Under the pieces are notes generated by a model, which saw only the letters and a program-made list of their open reading frames with translations, was not told the DNA's origin and searched no databases. 64,000 nucleotides of DNA from Candidatus Bathyarchaeota archaeon (lineage in GTDB: Archaea; Thermoproteota; Bathyarchaeia; 40CM-2-53-6), in assembly GCA_005888755.1 (NCBI GenBank), contig VBBQ01000028.1:78040-142039 (forward strand). Direction: 5' to 3'. The position numbers and the translations under genes were made by a program. Positions 8,864 to 18,012 of the stretch are shown piece by piece (the stretch's first letter is position 1; each line of letters begins with the position of its first letter).

Positions 8864-9291
8864 GTCCGACCTGAAGAAATCGTCTTGGACTCTAATCTAA
8901 CTTCAGAGTCATGAAGATCTCATCTACGGATTATTCAAAACCAGCAGCCCTAGAGAGCATCAACAAATTGCCTAATTCGTAACACGAATCTGAAGACTGC
9001 GGCGGTTATTCTAACACGTCAAGATTTCATTCTAACGGAACCCTGAAACATCCCCCGGAAAAGCATCAGGATTCAAGAGTTGACAGGCGCTTGAGAGGGA
9101 CTAGAGGGCCGATAGAGAGAATGAAAAGGGCTAACACCATGATCCGAAAGGTCCGAAGCGACGCCGTGGAATGGACGCTCGCCTTCGACTCTGTTGAACG
9201 CCATAATCTCGACCTACTTTGCCAGAGATGATGAGGATAGGAGGAGCCAGCTCTTAACGATTAAATAACGAGTAAGCGATCTAGGCTCGTC

Positions 9292-9747
9292 ATGATAACA
9301 GCTCAGGATGCTAGTTTTGTCTCACCGGGTGAAGGAAAGAAGTGTAACGTTTTCGCGGATACGATCACGATTAAGGTACCGAGTGAAATGACCGGTGGCG
9401 CGTATTCAATATCCGAGGATGTCACCCCCGCTGGACAAGGCGCACCACTGCACATACATCGTCGCGAACTAGAGACGTTCATTGTCCTGGAGGGAGAGTA
9501 CGAATTCCAATGCGGCGACCGTAAGTTCAAAGCAACTAAAGGGACGATTGTCGTTCTACCAAGAGAGGCACCGCACGCTTTCAAGAATACCGGGAATACC
9601 ATAGGCAAGACTCTCGTCGTTCTGGTACCAGGTGGGATGGAGAAAGTGTTCGAGGATATCAGCGCGATGCCGCCGGGACCACCGGACATAGGAAAGGTCA
9701 ACGCGATCACGACGAAATATGGAGTCGAGTTCCTCCCAATCGGCTAG
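9292..9747 (+). CDS. Cupin-domain protein
   Basis: 151 aa. PLHIHRRELETFIVLEGEYEF ... HAFKN carries the two-His cupin motifs. Confidence 0.7.
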   Translation: MITAQDASFVSPGEGKKCNVFADTITIKVPSEMTGGAYSISEDVTPAGQGAPLHIHRRELETFIVLEGEYEFQCGDRKFKATKGTIVVLPREAPHAFKNTGNTIGKTLVVLVPGGMEKVFEDISAMPPGPPDIGKVNAITTKYGVEFLPIG

Positions 9748-10115
9748 CTTGATAGCCCCTTTCACACGTCCGATACAGATTGGCCGGTCGACACGTCAGA
9801 AGAACCGTTGTCGAGATTTGTAGTCCAATGCATGTCTAGGGCATATTCCCACTACGAGGTAGGACTCTCTCATCCAGGGATGAGATTACCTATGGGAAAG
9901 GGCTCGAAATTTGAGTTTTGACCGAAGCGAACGAACGCAACGCCAGCAGCTGCCTGAGGATGTGGCGATGACCTAATCTCCCGAAAGAGACGGGATAGTC
10001 CGTGAGGTGGGATTCGCGCACCAGCTTACCGCTACATACAAGCTGCCTTACCCTTGGCCCGTAGTCGAGCCGAGAAAGATCCTTCCTGGCTCACAGTGCC
10101 AGACCCAAAGTCCAA

Positions 10116-10190
10116 GTGATGCGGTGCGCCACCAGCGCACCACCCTTTAGATTCAAATCGCTACCCGATTTCCAAGAATTTTGTTCGTCT
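10116..10190 (+). repeat. Left copy of an ~75-80 bp inverted repeat (about 80% identical to the reverse complement of 10561..10640); contains hairpins GGTGCGC-CACCA-GCGCACC and AAATCG-GGTAG-CGATTT (read on the minus strand)
   Basis: Aligned by eye, about 60 of 75 positions match. Mirrored peptide strings in ORF-track entries 10116..10307 (+) and 10443..10637 (-) corroborate. Confidence 0.6.
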
Positions 10191-10421
10191 CTGATGAGGT
10201 TTGGCTCCTCTCATTCAGATAGTCACAGGCCTGAACTGGATTGTGTTCGAGCGGGACGATTTTCAAAACATCCCGGCAGGCATTGTCAGATTCCTAAGAC
10301 TAGTTGAGACCTGTCTCGAACTCAATCGTTTGCAAGGTTCTGAACCCGTTCAACCACAATGACTCGGTGCTCTCTCCCAATCGTAAGGCAGAAAAGACTA
10401 TGGCCTAAACGCCTTGGGCCA

Positions 10422-10543
10422 GCGGCCGTAGTCTAGCCTGGTCTAGGACATAGCCCTGAAGGCGTCCAATGGGCTTCCAACCCAACGACCCGGGAAGCCG
10501 TCTAAACAACGGCTCGGGACTTCAAATCCCGGCGGCCGCACCA
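10422..10543 (+). tRNA. tRNA gene with intron(s) and encoded CCA; anticodon not resolved by eye (a CTTCCAA loop at 10474-10480 would give Gly-TCC if it is the anticodon loop)
   Basis: 5' end GCGGCCG-TA-GTCT...GGAC pairs with 3' CGGCCGC-A-CCA at 10533-10543. T-arm-like CGGGACTTCAAATCCCG is present. Total 122 nt, which implies an intron of about 45 nt. Confidence 0.55.
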
Positions 10544-10560
10544 AACTAGGCCAAATCTCA

Positions 10561-10640
10561 CACAAGCACGAACAAAAAATTTGAAAATCGGGTTGCGATT
10601 TGCACCTAAAGGTTGGTGCGCTAGTACCGCACCGCACTAA
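10561..10640 (-). repeat. Right copy of the inverted repeat paired with 10116..10190
   Basis: Reverse complement aligns with 10116..10190. Same two-hairpin organisation (GGTGCG-CTAGTAC-CGCACC and AAATCG-GGTTG-CGATTT). Confidence 0.6.
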
Positions 10641-10908
10641 GCGGGAAAGACGCCGGTCAGTTCCAGAGAATGGACTTATCGGTTGACGAAATGCATGACT
10701 CAGTGCGACCGACCAACCAGACTTTTGCAGGTGAGGCTCTCCCTCGCATTGTTTACGCCTTCATTGCCGCAATTGTCTCCATGTCACTGTCGGGTGGGAG
10801 CGTCAGGACCGCGAGAGAGGTGTAGTCTCTTTTGGCGTGAAACAACGCTCGAGCTGTAGAAGAGAAATTCCCAAAAAAAAGAGGGGAGGGTCAGCCCTAA
10901 CGTTCGGT

Positions 10909-12630
10909 TCACGTACCTAGGATTCGTGTCGCGATGGTTGCCGGGGTTCGCGTTGTCATGTCAGGAAGCGTAGGCATTACCGTCACGGCAAAGCTGTCTC
11001 TTCCTGCCAGAACCGGTCCCGTAAGAGTGGTGGGTGCCACGGCGAGCATGGTGGCGGTCGTCGTGATGATGACACCCGGGCCCCCGGTCTGGACTGCAAT
11101 GTTCGTGTGCTCACAGTCGATATCGTTGGTAGTGTCTCGCGTACAGAATGGGCTTGTAGATGACCGACGGGTCGCAGGCTCTGCGGTACTGTCCACGAAC
11201 TGGTCAGACGTGTAGATAATTGCAGCGAGGCCGGTAGTCGGACTCGCAGCTACACCGAAGTCGTCGAGCAGGTCCCTGTTTCCGGTGCAGGTAACACCGG
11301 ATTCGCACACGCCGCCGTAGTGTATTATTCCTGATGCCGCGATTTGGCTCCAGGTGCTTCCCGGGGTAGTTGCCTTGAGGTTCTGGCTGAAGTAGACCTT
11401 CCATGCGGCTGTCATCGGGTAGTTGTCCGGTGGGTTTACGCCGTCGAAGTAGTTTGTCCCGTACCATACTACATCCAGCGCGCCATCGCTTCCCGCGCTG
11501 CTCCAGGGGAAGATGGCTGTTTTAGACTGTCCTTTGTTGATTTGGAACGGCCCGGACCAGGTTTGTCCGAGGGTCTTGGAGAAGCTGTAGAAGATGTTGT
11601 GGTTGTCGCTGTAGACGACGTAGATATTTCCAGCGATGTCAACGCTCACGTTGATGAACTGGTGGCCATAGTCAAGATTGGTGTTCGGGTTGTTGTACAC
11701 TATGGTGTCGGTGAACGTCAGACCCCCGTCGGTGGATACGGCTATCCAAACTGTGTGAACATGGCAGAAGATTGTGCACTGGGCCAACTCTGCAGCACTC
11801 GCAACGGAGCTGAATACTTGGTAAACCGCATGGTTCCGTGGGTCTATGGCTAGGTTGCCGATAACGTTGTTGAACCCGGCCAGGAAAGCCACGTGTGCTG
11901 GGTCAAACGCGTTTCCCGTCTGGGTGAAAGTGGCCCCACCGTCCAGGCTGCACGTGACGAAAATATCGTTGGTGGCCGAAATAGCATGGTAGGACACGCA
12001 CACTTTGTCAGCCCCATCGGCAGCGATCCACTCCCGGTCATCAACTGGAATGCTAGCTCCGGTTGGGTTGAGAAGCCACGAGCCGCCTCCGTCTTTGCTC
12101 GTAGACACGTAAACATTCGCTAGCGGAGGGGAGGTGGCTAAACTTGCTGCGTAGATGTTGAAGAAGCCGTTCAGGTTTCGAACAGGCGCGACCGCAATGT
12201 CAGTATCACCGCCCGCAGGAGAGAATCCAATCCTCCCCGAGGACGCACTGTTCGGCAAAGGAAGAGTGGTGAAGTGTTGGCCGCCGTCGGTTGACTTGTA
12301 GGCGAAGGTCCCACCGCACTGCCCACCGATGACGCAGAACACGTTCTCCGACGAACCGTAGAAGCTGCCATCAGGGGCTGCCCGAATTGATGGTTCTCCC
12401 TCCGTGTTCATACAGGTCCGAAGAGAGTTGGGGCAGGTCGTACCTACACTGGCACCGGTTGTGAACGGGTTCCCGGCGAGCTCATAGTTGCTGAAGGTCG
12501 GGGTCTTCGTGGAGCCTCCGTCCGCGGAGGCTGGCTGAAGGGCGCCCGGGGCTAGAAACATTAAGCCTGCAAGGGACAGAATTGAGAGAAGAGTTGTCTT
12601 GGCTATTCGTGAAGTGTTCGGAATTTTCAT
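10909..12630 (-). CDS. Secreted BNR/Asp-box repeat beta-propeller protein (sialidase/sortilin-like fold), signal peptide
   Basis: 573 aa. N-terminal signal or TM segment. Repeated S-x-D-G-G-x-T/S-W/F boxes (STDGGQHF, SKDGGGSW, SLDGGATF, STDGGLTF). Confidence 0.7.
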   Translation of the reverse strand: MKIPNTSRIAKTTLLSILSLAGLMFLAPGALQPASADGGSTKTPTFSNYELAGNPFTTGASVGTTCPNSLRTCMNTEGEPSIRAAPDGSFYGSSENVFCVIGGQCGGTFAYKSTDGGQHFTTLPLPNSASSGRIGFSPAGGDTDIAVAPVRNLNGFFNIYAASLATSPPLANVYVSTSKDGGGSWLLNPTGASIPVDDREWIAADGADKVCVSYHAISATNDIFVTCSLDGGATFTQTGNAFDPAHVAFLAGFNNVIGNLAIDPRNHAVYQVFSSVASAAELAQCTIFCHVHTVWIAVSTDGGLTFTDTIVYNNPNTNLDYGHQFINVSVDIAGNIYVVYSDNHNIFYSFSKTLGQTWSGPFQINKGQSKTAIFPWSSAGSDGALDVVWYGTNYFDGVNPPDNYPMTAAWKVYFSQNLKATTPGSTWSQIAASGIIHYGGVCESGVTCTGNRDLLDDFGVAASPTTGLAAIIYTSDQFVDSTAEPATRRSSTSPFCTRDTTNDIDCEHTNIAVQTGGPGVIITTTATMLAVAPTTLTGPVLAGRDSFAVTVMPTLPDMTTRTPATIATRILGT

Positions 12631-12803
12631 AAGGGGGTTCAGCGGACGGGCACCCTATAACCAATATTCCGCACGGCAACATTCTCGGAACACGAAATTT
12701 TCGGGTTTCGATATATCGGGTGGCGACAGCTTTCTGAGCTATCGGGGTATTATGAACGGCATTTTGCCCAAGGATATAGTTTATTCTTCTATATGCGCGT
12801 CTC

Positions 12804-13511
12804 ATGGTTGAGACGTATTTATATATCTACCAACACGCATATCCATGCATGACACTAAGGCCGGAACTAACGATAGCACAGACAATCGGAGAAAAACCAG
12901 TTTACCACATAAATGAGCTGCGCAAGATAACCGATTCTCGAGCTACAGCGTATAGGATATTGAGCAAACTCCGGGAAGCTGGATTTGCGGAGCAAATTAA
13001 AGAAGGCTATTTCACAATTCGTTCCAGTCTGTTTCAACCATTCAATCTTTGGTCGAATCTCCTTCCATCATTGCAAGCCCTAAAGCAAGCGCGGTTTTTT
13101 GGCTTGTCCTACAATGAAAACGATGTGAGACTCGCTATACAAATATTGAAAGGCGTCATAACGTTGGATTATCGCGCATACGAACTTACGAAGCTCCAAT
13201 CTCCGCGTTTGCTTTTCATTTATGTTGACGATGTTGACCAAGCAGCAAGAACGCTGAGAGAACACAAGTTCTCGGAAGGCACGCAGGGTAGAGTAGTCAT
13301 CATCCCGCGGATAGGAGTGTTCAGAAATGAGATCCAGCGGGTCTACCTCGATTGCATTGCTTATGGAGGAAGAAGTTTACTCGATGCCATCGCGATTGAG
13401 ATCGTTCACAATGAAAGTCTGGATCCCCATGTACGAGGAATCTTCAAGGCCGAAGATGTACTGAAGGTCAGAGATGAGCTTGGCGCCCAGTCTGGAACAA
13501 GAAGCGATTAA
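12804..13511 (+). CDS. wHTH-containing protein, AbiEi-like antitoxin candidate
   Basis: 235 aa. N-terminal ITDSRATAYRILSKLREAGFAEQIKEGYF is wHTH-like. It overlaps the downstream NTase gene by 38 bp. Confidence 0.4.
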   Translation: MVETYLYIYQHAYPCMTLRPELTIAQTIGEKPVYHINELRKITDSRATAYRILSKLREAGFAEQIKEGYFTIRSSLFQPFNLWSNLLPSLQALKQARFFGLSYNENDVRLAIQILKGVITLDYRAYELTKLQSPRLLFIYVDDVDQAARTLREHKFSEGTQGRVVIIPRIGVFRNEIQRVYLDCIAYGGRSLLDAIAIEIVHNESLDPHVRGIFKAEDVLKVRDELGAQSGTRSD

Positions 13512-13977
13512 GATAACCGATGAGCTTGGCAGGGTGGTTTTTGTCGGCGCATTTGCCGTAAACCATTATTCCAAGTATCGAACGACAAGAGACATTGATT
13601 TAGCGATAGCTGCACCGTTGAATGAACAAAAACTAACCCGTTTGGGATACACAAAATGGCAAGGATCTAAGGGATCGTGGCTCACCTCCCGCGGAATTAA
13701 GGTCGATTTCTACACGAGAGACGTGGGAGGGATACCTGTGCCTTGGATTTTGAAAAACGCAGTTCAACTAAGGCTTGGGGAGAAGGAAGTCAGGGTTATT
13801 TGCTTGGAGGGACTAATACTCGCAAAGCACAGAGCAGGACGCACCGCGGATGTAGCTGACCTAAGGCAACTGATGATTCATCGGGGCGGGACTGTTGTGT
13901 GGGACCTTATGGCGGAAATCGCGACGGATCATGAAATAGCTGAGTTGCAGCGAATCTCCAAGGCCTTTGCGCCCTAG
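13474..13977 (+). CDS. Minimal nucleotidyltransferase (AbiEii/MNT-like) toxin candidate
   Basis: 167 aa. VFVGAFAVNHYSKYRTTRDIDLAI matches the hG[GS]...DxD nucleotidyltransferase-fold signature. Confidence 0.5.
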   Translation: MSLAPSLEQEAIKITDELGRVVFVGAFAVNHYSKYRTTRDIDLAIAAPLNEQKLTRLGYTKWQGSKGSWLTSRGIKVDFYTRDVGGIPVPWILKNAVQLRLGEKEVRVICLEGLILAKHRAGRTADVADLRQLMIHRGGTVVWDLMAEIATDHEIAELQRISKAFAP

Positions 13978-14213
13978 CGTGTTGTAACCTCTGGGTGGAT
14001 AACCCGAAAATCGGTCTCCGTATGCGATTTGCACTTATGCTAGGTGTCCGGCGGCCGCACCATGTCACCTGCCCTGCTTCGTTGCGGGCTCCATGTCTGG
14101 GTCTGGTTTGAAACTTGAGCTTCTAACAGGCTTACCTGGGATTGGAGTTGTTCCGATTCGTGCTACGAGGTTGCTGTTTGTTCCGCCGAGTTGTGAGTTG
14201 AACGTTTGAATCT

Positions 14214-14690
14214 GTGAGATCTGAGTGTTTAGTGACGAAATTTGGGCGTTCAAAGAGTCGTGTCGACCCTTTTTTCGTCAGACTCATTAGCAAATGTTAT
14301 TCGATCATGTGGTTCTGGGTGCCCTTGTTCGGGAGAAAACGGGACCGGCCGGAAAACCGAGTGGAGCAGTTGCTCCTGGCCGGCGCTAACGATGTCACAG
14401 CGCGTCAGAGATTCCTCATCGAGTTCATGGATTCAGACATTTTCTGCATCGGGGAGATTAAGGGTCCAAATGTGCAGGTGGAGGGAGAACACTCTCGAAC
14501 GGCGGAAAACACCGAGGTTTCGATAGCCGCTTTTGATCACAAGGGCGAAAGGATCACCGCCGCCTACACGTCCCTAGCTAGGATGAGGGAAGCACTCGGA
14601 GACGGCTTCCGCGGGAAGCCATGGTTTAGCACAAAGGCACGGAACGTGTTGAAGGCGATTCATCCCCAGTCTGTGATGGTTTTGAACTGA
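14214..14690 (+). CDS. Hypothetical protein (N-terminal part of a possible longer protein interrupted by in-frame TGA at 14688-14690)
   Basis: 158-aa ORF in the same frame as the 14760..15116 ORF. The only stop in between is TGA at 14688. Confidence 0.35.
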   Translation: MRSECLVTKFGRSKSRVDPFFVRLISKCYSIMWFWVPLFGRKRDRPENRVEQLLLAGANDVTARQRFLIEFMDSDIFCIGEIKGPNVQVEGEHSRTAENTEVSIAAFDHKGERITAAYTSLARMREALGDGFRGKPWFSTKARNVLKAIHPQSVMVLN

Positions 14691-14759
14691 GGATGCACGT
14701 TCGGGAAAGAGTTCACGCACCACGAGATTCAACTGCTCCTCGAGGGTCGATCCAAAGAA

Positions 14760-15116
14760 TTGGACACTACGGTCCAGGTACAGGCTAGAACCGAATACGA
14801 GTCTAGGCCGGCAACAGAACCTCCTCAAGCCTTCCTTGACCAGGCTTGGAAATATTTCACGGAGAGGGGAGACATTCAGGAGGCCTATCTTGCCGAGGTC
14901 AGGGCAGCTTCACTCAACGAGCCTTGGCATCCAATGATCGGGGTTCGTGTAAGAGACCGTAAGAAGACCAGATTCGGAGAGATCGTTGCCGATCTAGACA
15001 GAATTGGACACACGAGACTAGCACAGGGAGTTATGATGGACATAGTCGAGATCACTCCCGAGGAAACTCGCGACCGGCGTTTCGCTGGAATAGAGCCCTT
15101 CTACAGACACCGCTGA
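14760..15116 (+). CDS. Hypothetical protein (C-terminal part; same frame as 14214..14690)
   Basis: 118-aa ORF. Uninterrupted coding continues upstream to the TGA. Confidence 0.35.
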   Translation: MDTTVQVQARTEYESRPATEPPQAFLDQAWKYFTERGDIQEAYLAEVRAASLNEPWHPMIGVRVRDRKKTRFGEIVADLDRIGHTRLAQGVMMDIVEITPEETRDRRFAGIEPFYRHR

Positions 15117-15160
15117 CCAGAAATCGTCCAAGAGTTTTTCCGAAAGGTAGGAAATCCGTG

Positions 15161-15598
15161 TCAGACGACCGTGACGACGTCAGAACGAAATGCCTGCATC
15201 AACTGGACCAGCCTCTCAAAGTCTCCCTTGTCGGCCAGGAGTATTTTGACAGGCTCGCCCGAGATAGTATTGATCAAGAGGTGTCCGCGGTGGACGAACG
15301 AGGGCTTCTTCAACTCGATCCGAGAGATGTTCCCTCTCGGAACCTCGAAGTCCTTCTTCTGCTCCAGATCGGAAATCACACGAGCACTCTCGTCCCGGGA
15401 AAGCCTCGACCCCAAGGCGGCTCCAACCATGCCTCCGAGCGGTGCCCCTGCCAACTGTTTGAGCAGTGCTCTCCGGCTCTTCACCCCAATTAGCCTCTTC
15501 GTGGTCGCGTAGATCCCGTAGCCGGCGATTCCACCCGCTTTGAGCATCCGCCCGCTTGACAGCCCGCCCAAGTATTCTTCGTCCTGCACTTGTCCCAA
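15161..15598 (-). CDS. Hypothetical protein with PH-like C-terminal domain paralogous to the C-terminus of 35324..36652
   Basis: 145 aa. KKDFEVPRGNISRIELKKPSFVHRGHLLI...FERLVQLMQAF matches KRDFEIRREDISQIDLKTPGTIRRGHLIV...FERLRGLVSGF in the other protein. Confidence 0.45.
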   Translation of the reverse strand: MGQVQDEEYLGGLSSGRMLKAGGIAGYGIYATTKRLIGVKSRRALLKQLAGAPLGGMVGAALGSRLSRDESARVISDLEQKKDFEVPRGNISRIELKKPSFVHRGHLLINTISGEPVKILLADKGDFERLVQLMQAFRSDVVTVV

Positions 15599-15743
15599 AA
15601 GGATTCCAGCCCTATGTGTGCCGTACTGCTGAAGTTATTGAGACTTGGACCGACGTTTTATGGGTTTGCGGGACACTCTAAGTTCCCATAGAAGTTATTC
15701 TTGCTAAAACTCTTAACTTGTGTGTGCGCACCATGTCACCAGT

Positions 15744-16085
15744 TTATCGCATCTTTCTAACCGGCCTGAACGCCACGATTAGCCACCACACGACAGCTTG
15801 TCCCGCGATGGTTATGGCAGTGAGCTCTAATCCGCTGATCGCGAATAGCGGAACGAAATAGGTCAGGATGGACGCCGAAGGAATACTCGCGGTCCTCCTT
15901 GGAACCTGAGAATTCTTGTTTAGCACGGTAGGCAGGCTAAAGACTGCCAATCCAGCGCTGCCAATTGAGATTAGAAGGTCTACCAGACTCAAGAATAATG
16001 CCCCGGGTGCATTCCTATCTTTGTCCGACTTGTTAGAAGTCTCTCCAATAGAAAAGTCAAACTTACGGCCAGGCCCTTCCACCAA
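15744..16085 (-). CDS. Small membrane protein, hypothetical
   Basis: 113 aa, hydrophobic segments. Confidence 0.3.
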   Translation of the reverse strand: MVEGPGRKFDFSIGETSNKSDKDRNAPGALFLSLVDLLISIGSAGLAVFSLPTVLNKNSQVPRRTASIPSASILTYFVPLFAISGLELTAITIAGQAVVWWLIVAFRPVRKMR

Positions 16086-16131
16086 ACCCCCGGTACTGTT
16101 GTTGTGTTACCACTGCCGCGGAGACTCGGTG

Positions 16132-16905
16132 TTACTTCTCTCTTAGAGTGAATCGGAGCCCTGACCATGTCTTGTCGATCGAACAGATCTTGAAATCAAC
16201 CATCCCGGCGGCGAGTCCTGCCTCGCGGACTACTGGCTGTCCCAAGTCCGTTTGAAGCCCAGAGCTCTGCTTGGGCCAGAGAATCCATAAGCCAGCGTTC
16301 TTCGAAAAAGGCTTCAGACGTTGTATCCTATCTTCTAGCTCTCTTCGCGACTTCGCAAACCAGAGAGTAAGGTCAGACTCATTTCTGACGCCGTCTCTTA
16401 GCATCACGTCCTTTGGTAGCTCGCCTAAGGTTTCCCGGAATCTCTGAGGCGCCCCGACAAGTGAAATTGTGTTTCCTGGTTTGATTCCGAGTTTCTTGTA
16501 CAGGGGTGAATCTGCGTATCCCTCTAGGCGTGACCGAGAGCGGGGGGGTTCTTCGGGGAGATGCCCGATGACGTCTTCCAGTCTTTCGACTATTCGCTCC
16601 CAGTTTGTGTAGTCTGCGTCGGGAATCTGGGCCTTGATTATTTCTACTTTTTCCAGCTCTCCGTCAACAAAGACCAGGGGTATTGTTCTGGTCGTTTTGT
16701 AGGACCTTAACGCCATGGCTACGTCCCGTCCCTGAGATGGCAACCGGGACAGATCGATGATGACTGCTCCGGGAGGATTTTCTCGCTCGCGGAGTAGACT
16801 TGGAGTGAACTTGTCGTACTCCACGACATATCCTGCAGATCGCAGACGATCTGCTTTCTCCTTGGCTTCGGCTTCGTTCCAATGAATGAGCCTCACATGG
16901 TACAA
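16132..16905 (-). CDS. Hypothetical protein
   Basis: 257-aa ORF with good coding appearance; no family recognised. Confidence 0.5.
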   Translation of the reverse strand: MYHVRLIHWNEAEAKEKADRLRSAGYVVEYDKFTPSLLRERENPPGAVIIDLSRLPSQGRDVAMALRSYKTTRTIPLVFVDGELEKVEIIKAQIPDADYTNWERIVERLEDVIGHLPEEPPRSRSRLEGYADSPLYKKLGIKPGNTISLVGAPQRFRETLGELPKDVMLRDGVRNESDLTLWFAKSRRELEDRIQRLKPFSKNAGLWILWPKQSSGLQTDLGQPVVREAGLAAGMVDFKICSIDKTWSGLRFTLREK

Positions 16906-16939
16906 GTGAGTCTCGTCGCCATCTTGTGGTGGAATCTCG

Positions 16940-17278
16940 TTAGGGGCGTTTGATGTTGGTAACTCTGAGTTTGAACTGTAGAGTCTTACCTGCCATGGGA
17001 TGGTTTCCGGCTTTTCCGTATGCTTTCTCGGGAGGAATCACGACTTCTTTTTCCTCGTTGATTTTCATGCCGATCAAGGCTTCGTCAAATCCTTGGATGA
17101 CTTTTCCAGTTCCGAGTGTTACTTGCAAGGGTTTGTAGTCTCGGGCGGGGTTGTAGAGTCCTGCGGATTTCGCTTCTTTCTCCATTGAAGTGTCGAAGAC
17201 CTTCCCCCCTGGGTATCGTCCGAGATAATGTACGGATACGGTGTCTCCTTTCTGGGCCTTGATGTCTGGGGTGCTCAA
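16940..17278 (-). CDS. FKBP-type peptidyl-prolyl cis-trans isomerase
   Basis: 112 aa. GDTVSVHYLGRYPGGKVFDTS ... QVTLGTGKVIQGFDEALIGMKINEEKEVVIPPEKAYG is a canonical FKBP domain. Confidence 0.8.
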   Translation of the reverse strand: MSTPDIKAQKGDTVSVHYLGRYPGGKVFDTSMEKEAKSAGLYNPARDYKPLQVTLGTGKVIQGFDEALIGMKINEEKEVVIPPEKAYGKAGNHPMAGKTLQFKLRVTNIKRP

Positions 17279-17298
17279 TGTAGATCGCAGGCGTCGTA

Positions 17299-17910
17299 CT
17301 ACGGGCTCTGTAAATAGCTAACGGTCGTTTCGCCACGCGATGTCTCCGACACTGCTTTGATTGATTCGAATTCCTGTTTAAGCAGGCCGAGAACCATCAG
17401 GTCGTGGTACCCGTTGTCGAAGAATACGGCATCCCGTAATCGGGCTTCTTCTTTGAAGCCTAGCTTCTTGGCTAGTTGGATACTGAGGTTGTTCTCGGCG
17501 TAGGTCCACCATTCGGCTCGATGCAAGTTCAGTTGTCTAAACACTTCGTTCAGTAGTAGCTCAGCGGCCTCTGTCCCGTATCCCTTGTTCCAGGCGGTCT
17601 TTTCCCCTAATGCTAAACCGACATCGGCAGTTGTCACTCTTCGCTGGAATTGGTGGATTCGAATGGTCGCCCAGCCGATTGGCTTACGTGTGGATTTCTC
17701 TTCGATAATGTAGGCTCTTCTTCCTGTGTCTTCTCCTTTCAGCTCTTTCGCGAATTCGGCCTCCAGTGCATCCTTCGAGATCATATGGTCCGGGAAAGAG
17801 CGGGCCAAGCGCATGATTTCCTCGTCATTCTGCCACTTGTGTAGCGCGATCAGATCTTCACGTTCCAGCGCTCGAAGAACAACAAGCACTCCTGAGAGCA
17901 AGACTATCAA
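17299..17910 (-). CDS. GNAT family N-acetyltransferase (RimL-like)
   Basis: 203 aa. Acetyl-CoA-binding-like NKGYGTEAAELLLNEVFRQLNLHRAEWWTYAENNLSIQLAKKLGF. Confidence 0.7.
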   Translation of the reverse strand: MIVLLSGVLVVLRALEREDLIALHKWQNDEEIMRLARSFPDHMISKDALEAEFAKELKGEDTGRRAYIIEEKSTRKPIGWATIRIHQFQRRVTTADVGLALGEKTAWNKGYGTEAAELLLNEVFRQLNLHRAEWWTYAENNLSIQLAKKLGFKEEARLRDAVFFDNGYHDLMVLGLLKQEFESIKAVSETSRGETTVSYLQSP

Positions 17911-18012
17911 TCCCTATCCGAGTTTCCACAAGTAATAACTTGAGCCCTTTGAGAGGGATGCTCTTTCCGTGAGAGATTCATCTTAATACGCCATGGGAGG
18001 CACTAGGTCATT

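Noticed and set aside
10116-10200. C/D-box sRNA interpretation of the left inverted-repeat copy (GTGATGC at the 5' end, CTGA at 10192-10195)
   Set aside because: The right copy has GTGCGG and CTTG at the equivalent positions, and no convincing internal C'/D' boxes or guide regions were found. A box C/D sRNA call is not supported; it is kept only as a structured repeat.
10909-12630. Calling the BNR-repeat protein a sialidase
   Set aside because: Asp-box (BNR) repeats indicate a beta-propeller fold found in many non-sialidase proteins. No catalytic Arg triad or nucleophile Tyr/Glu could be assigned by eye.
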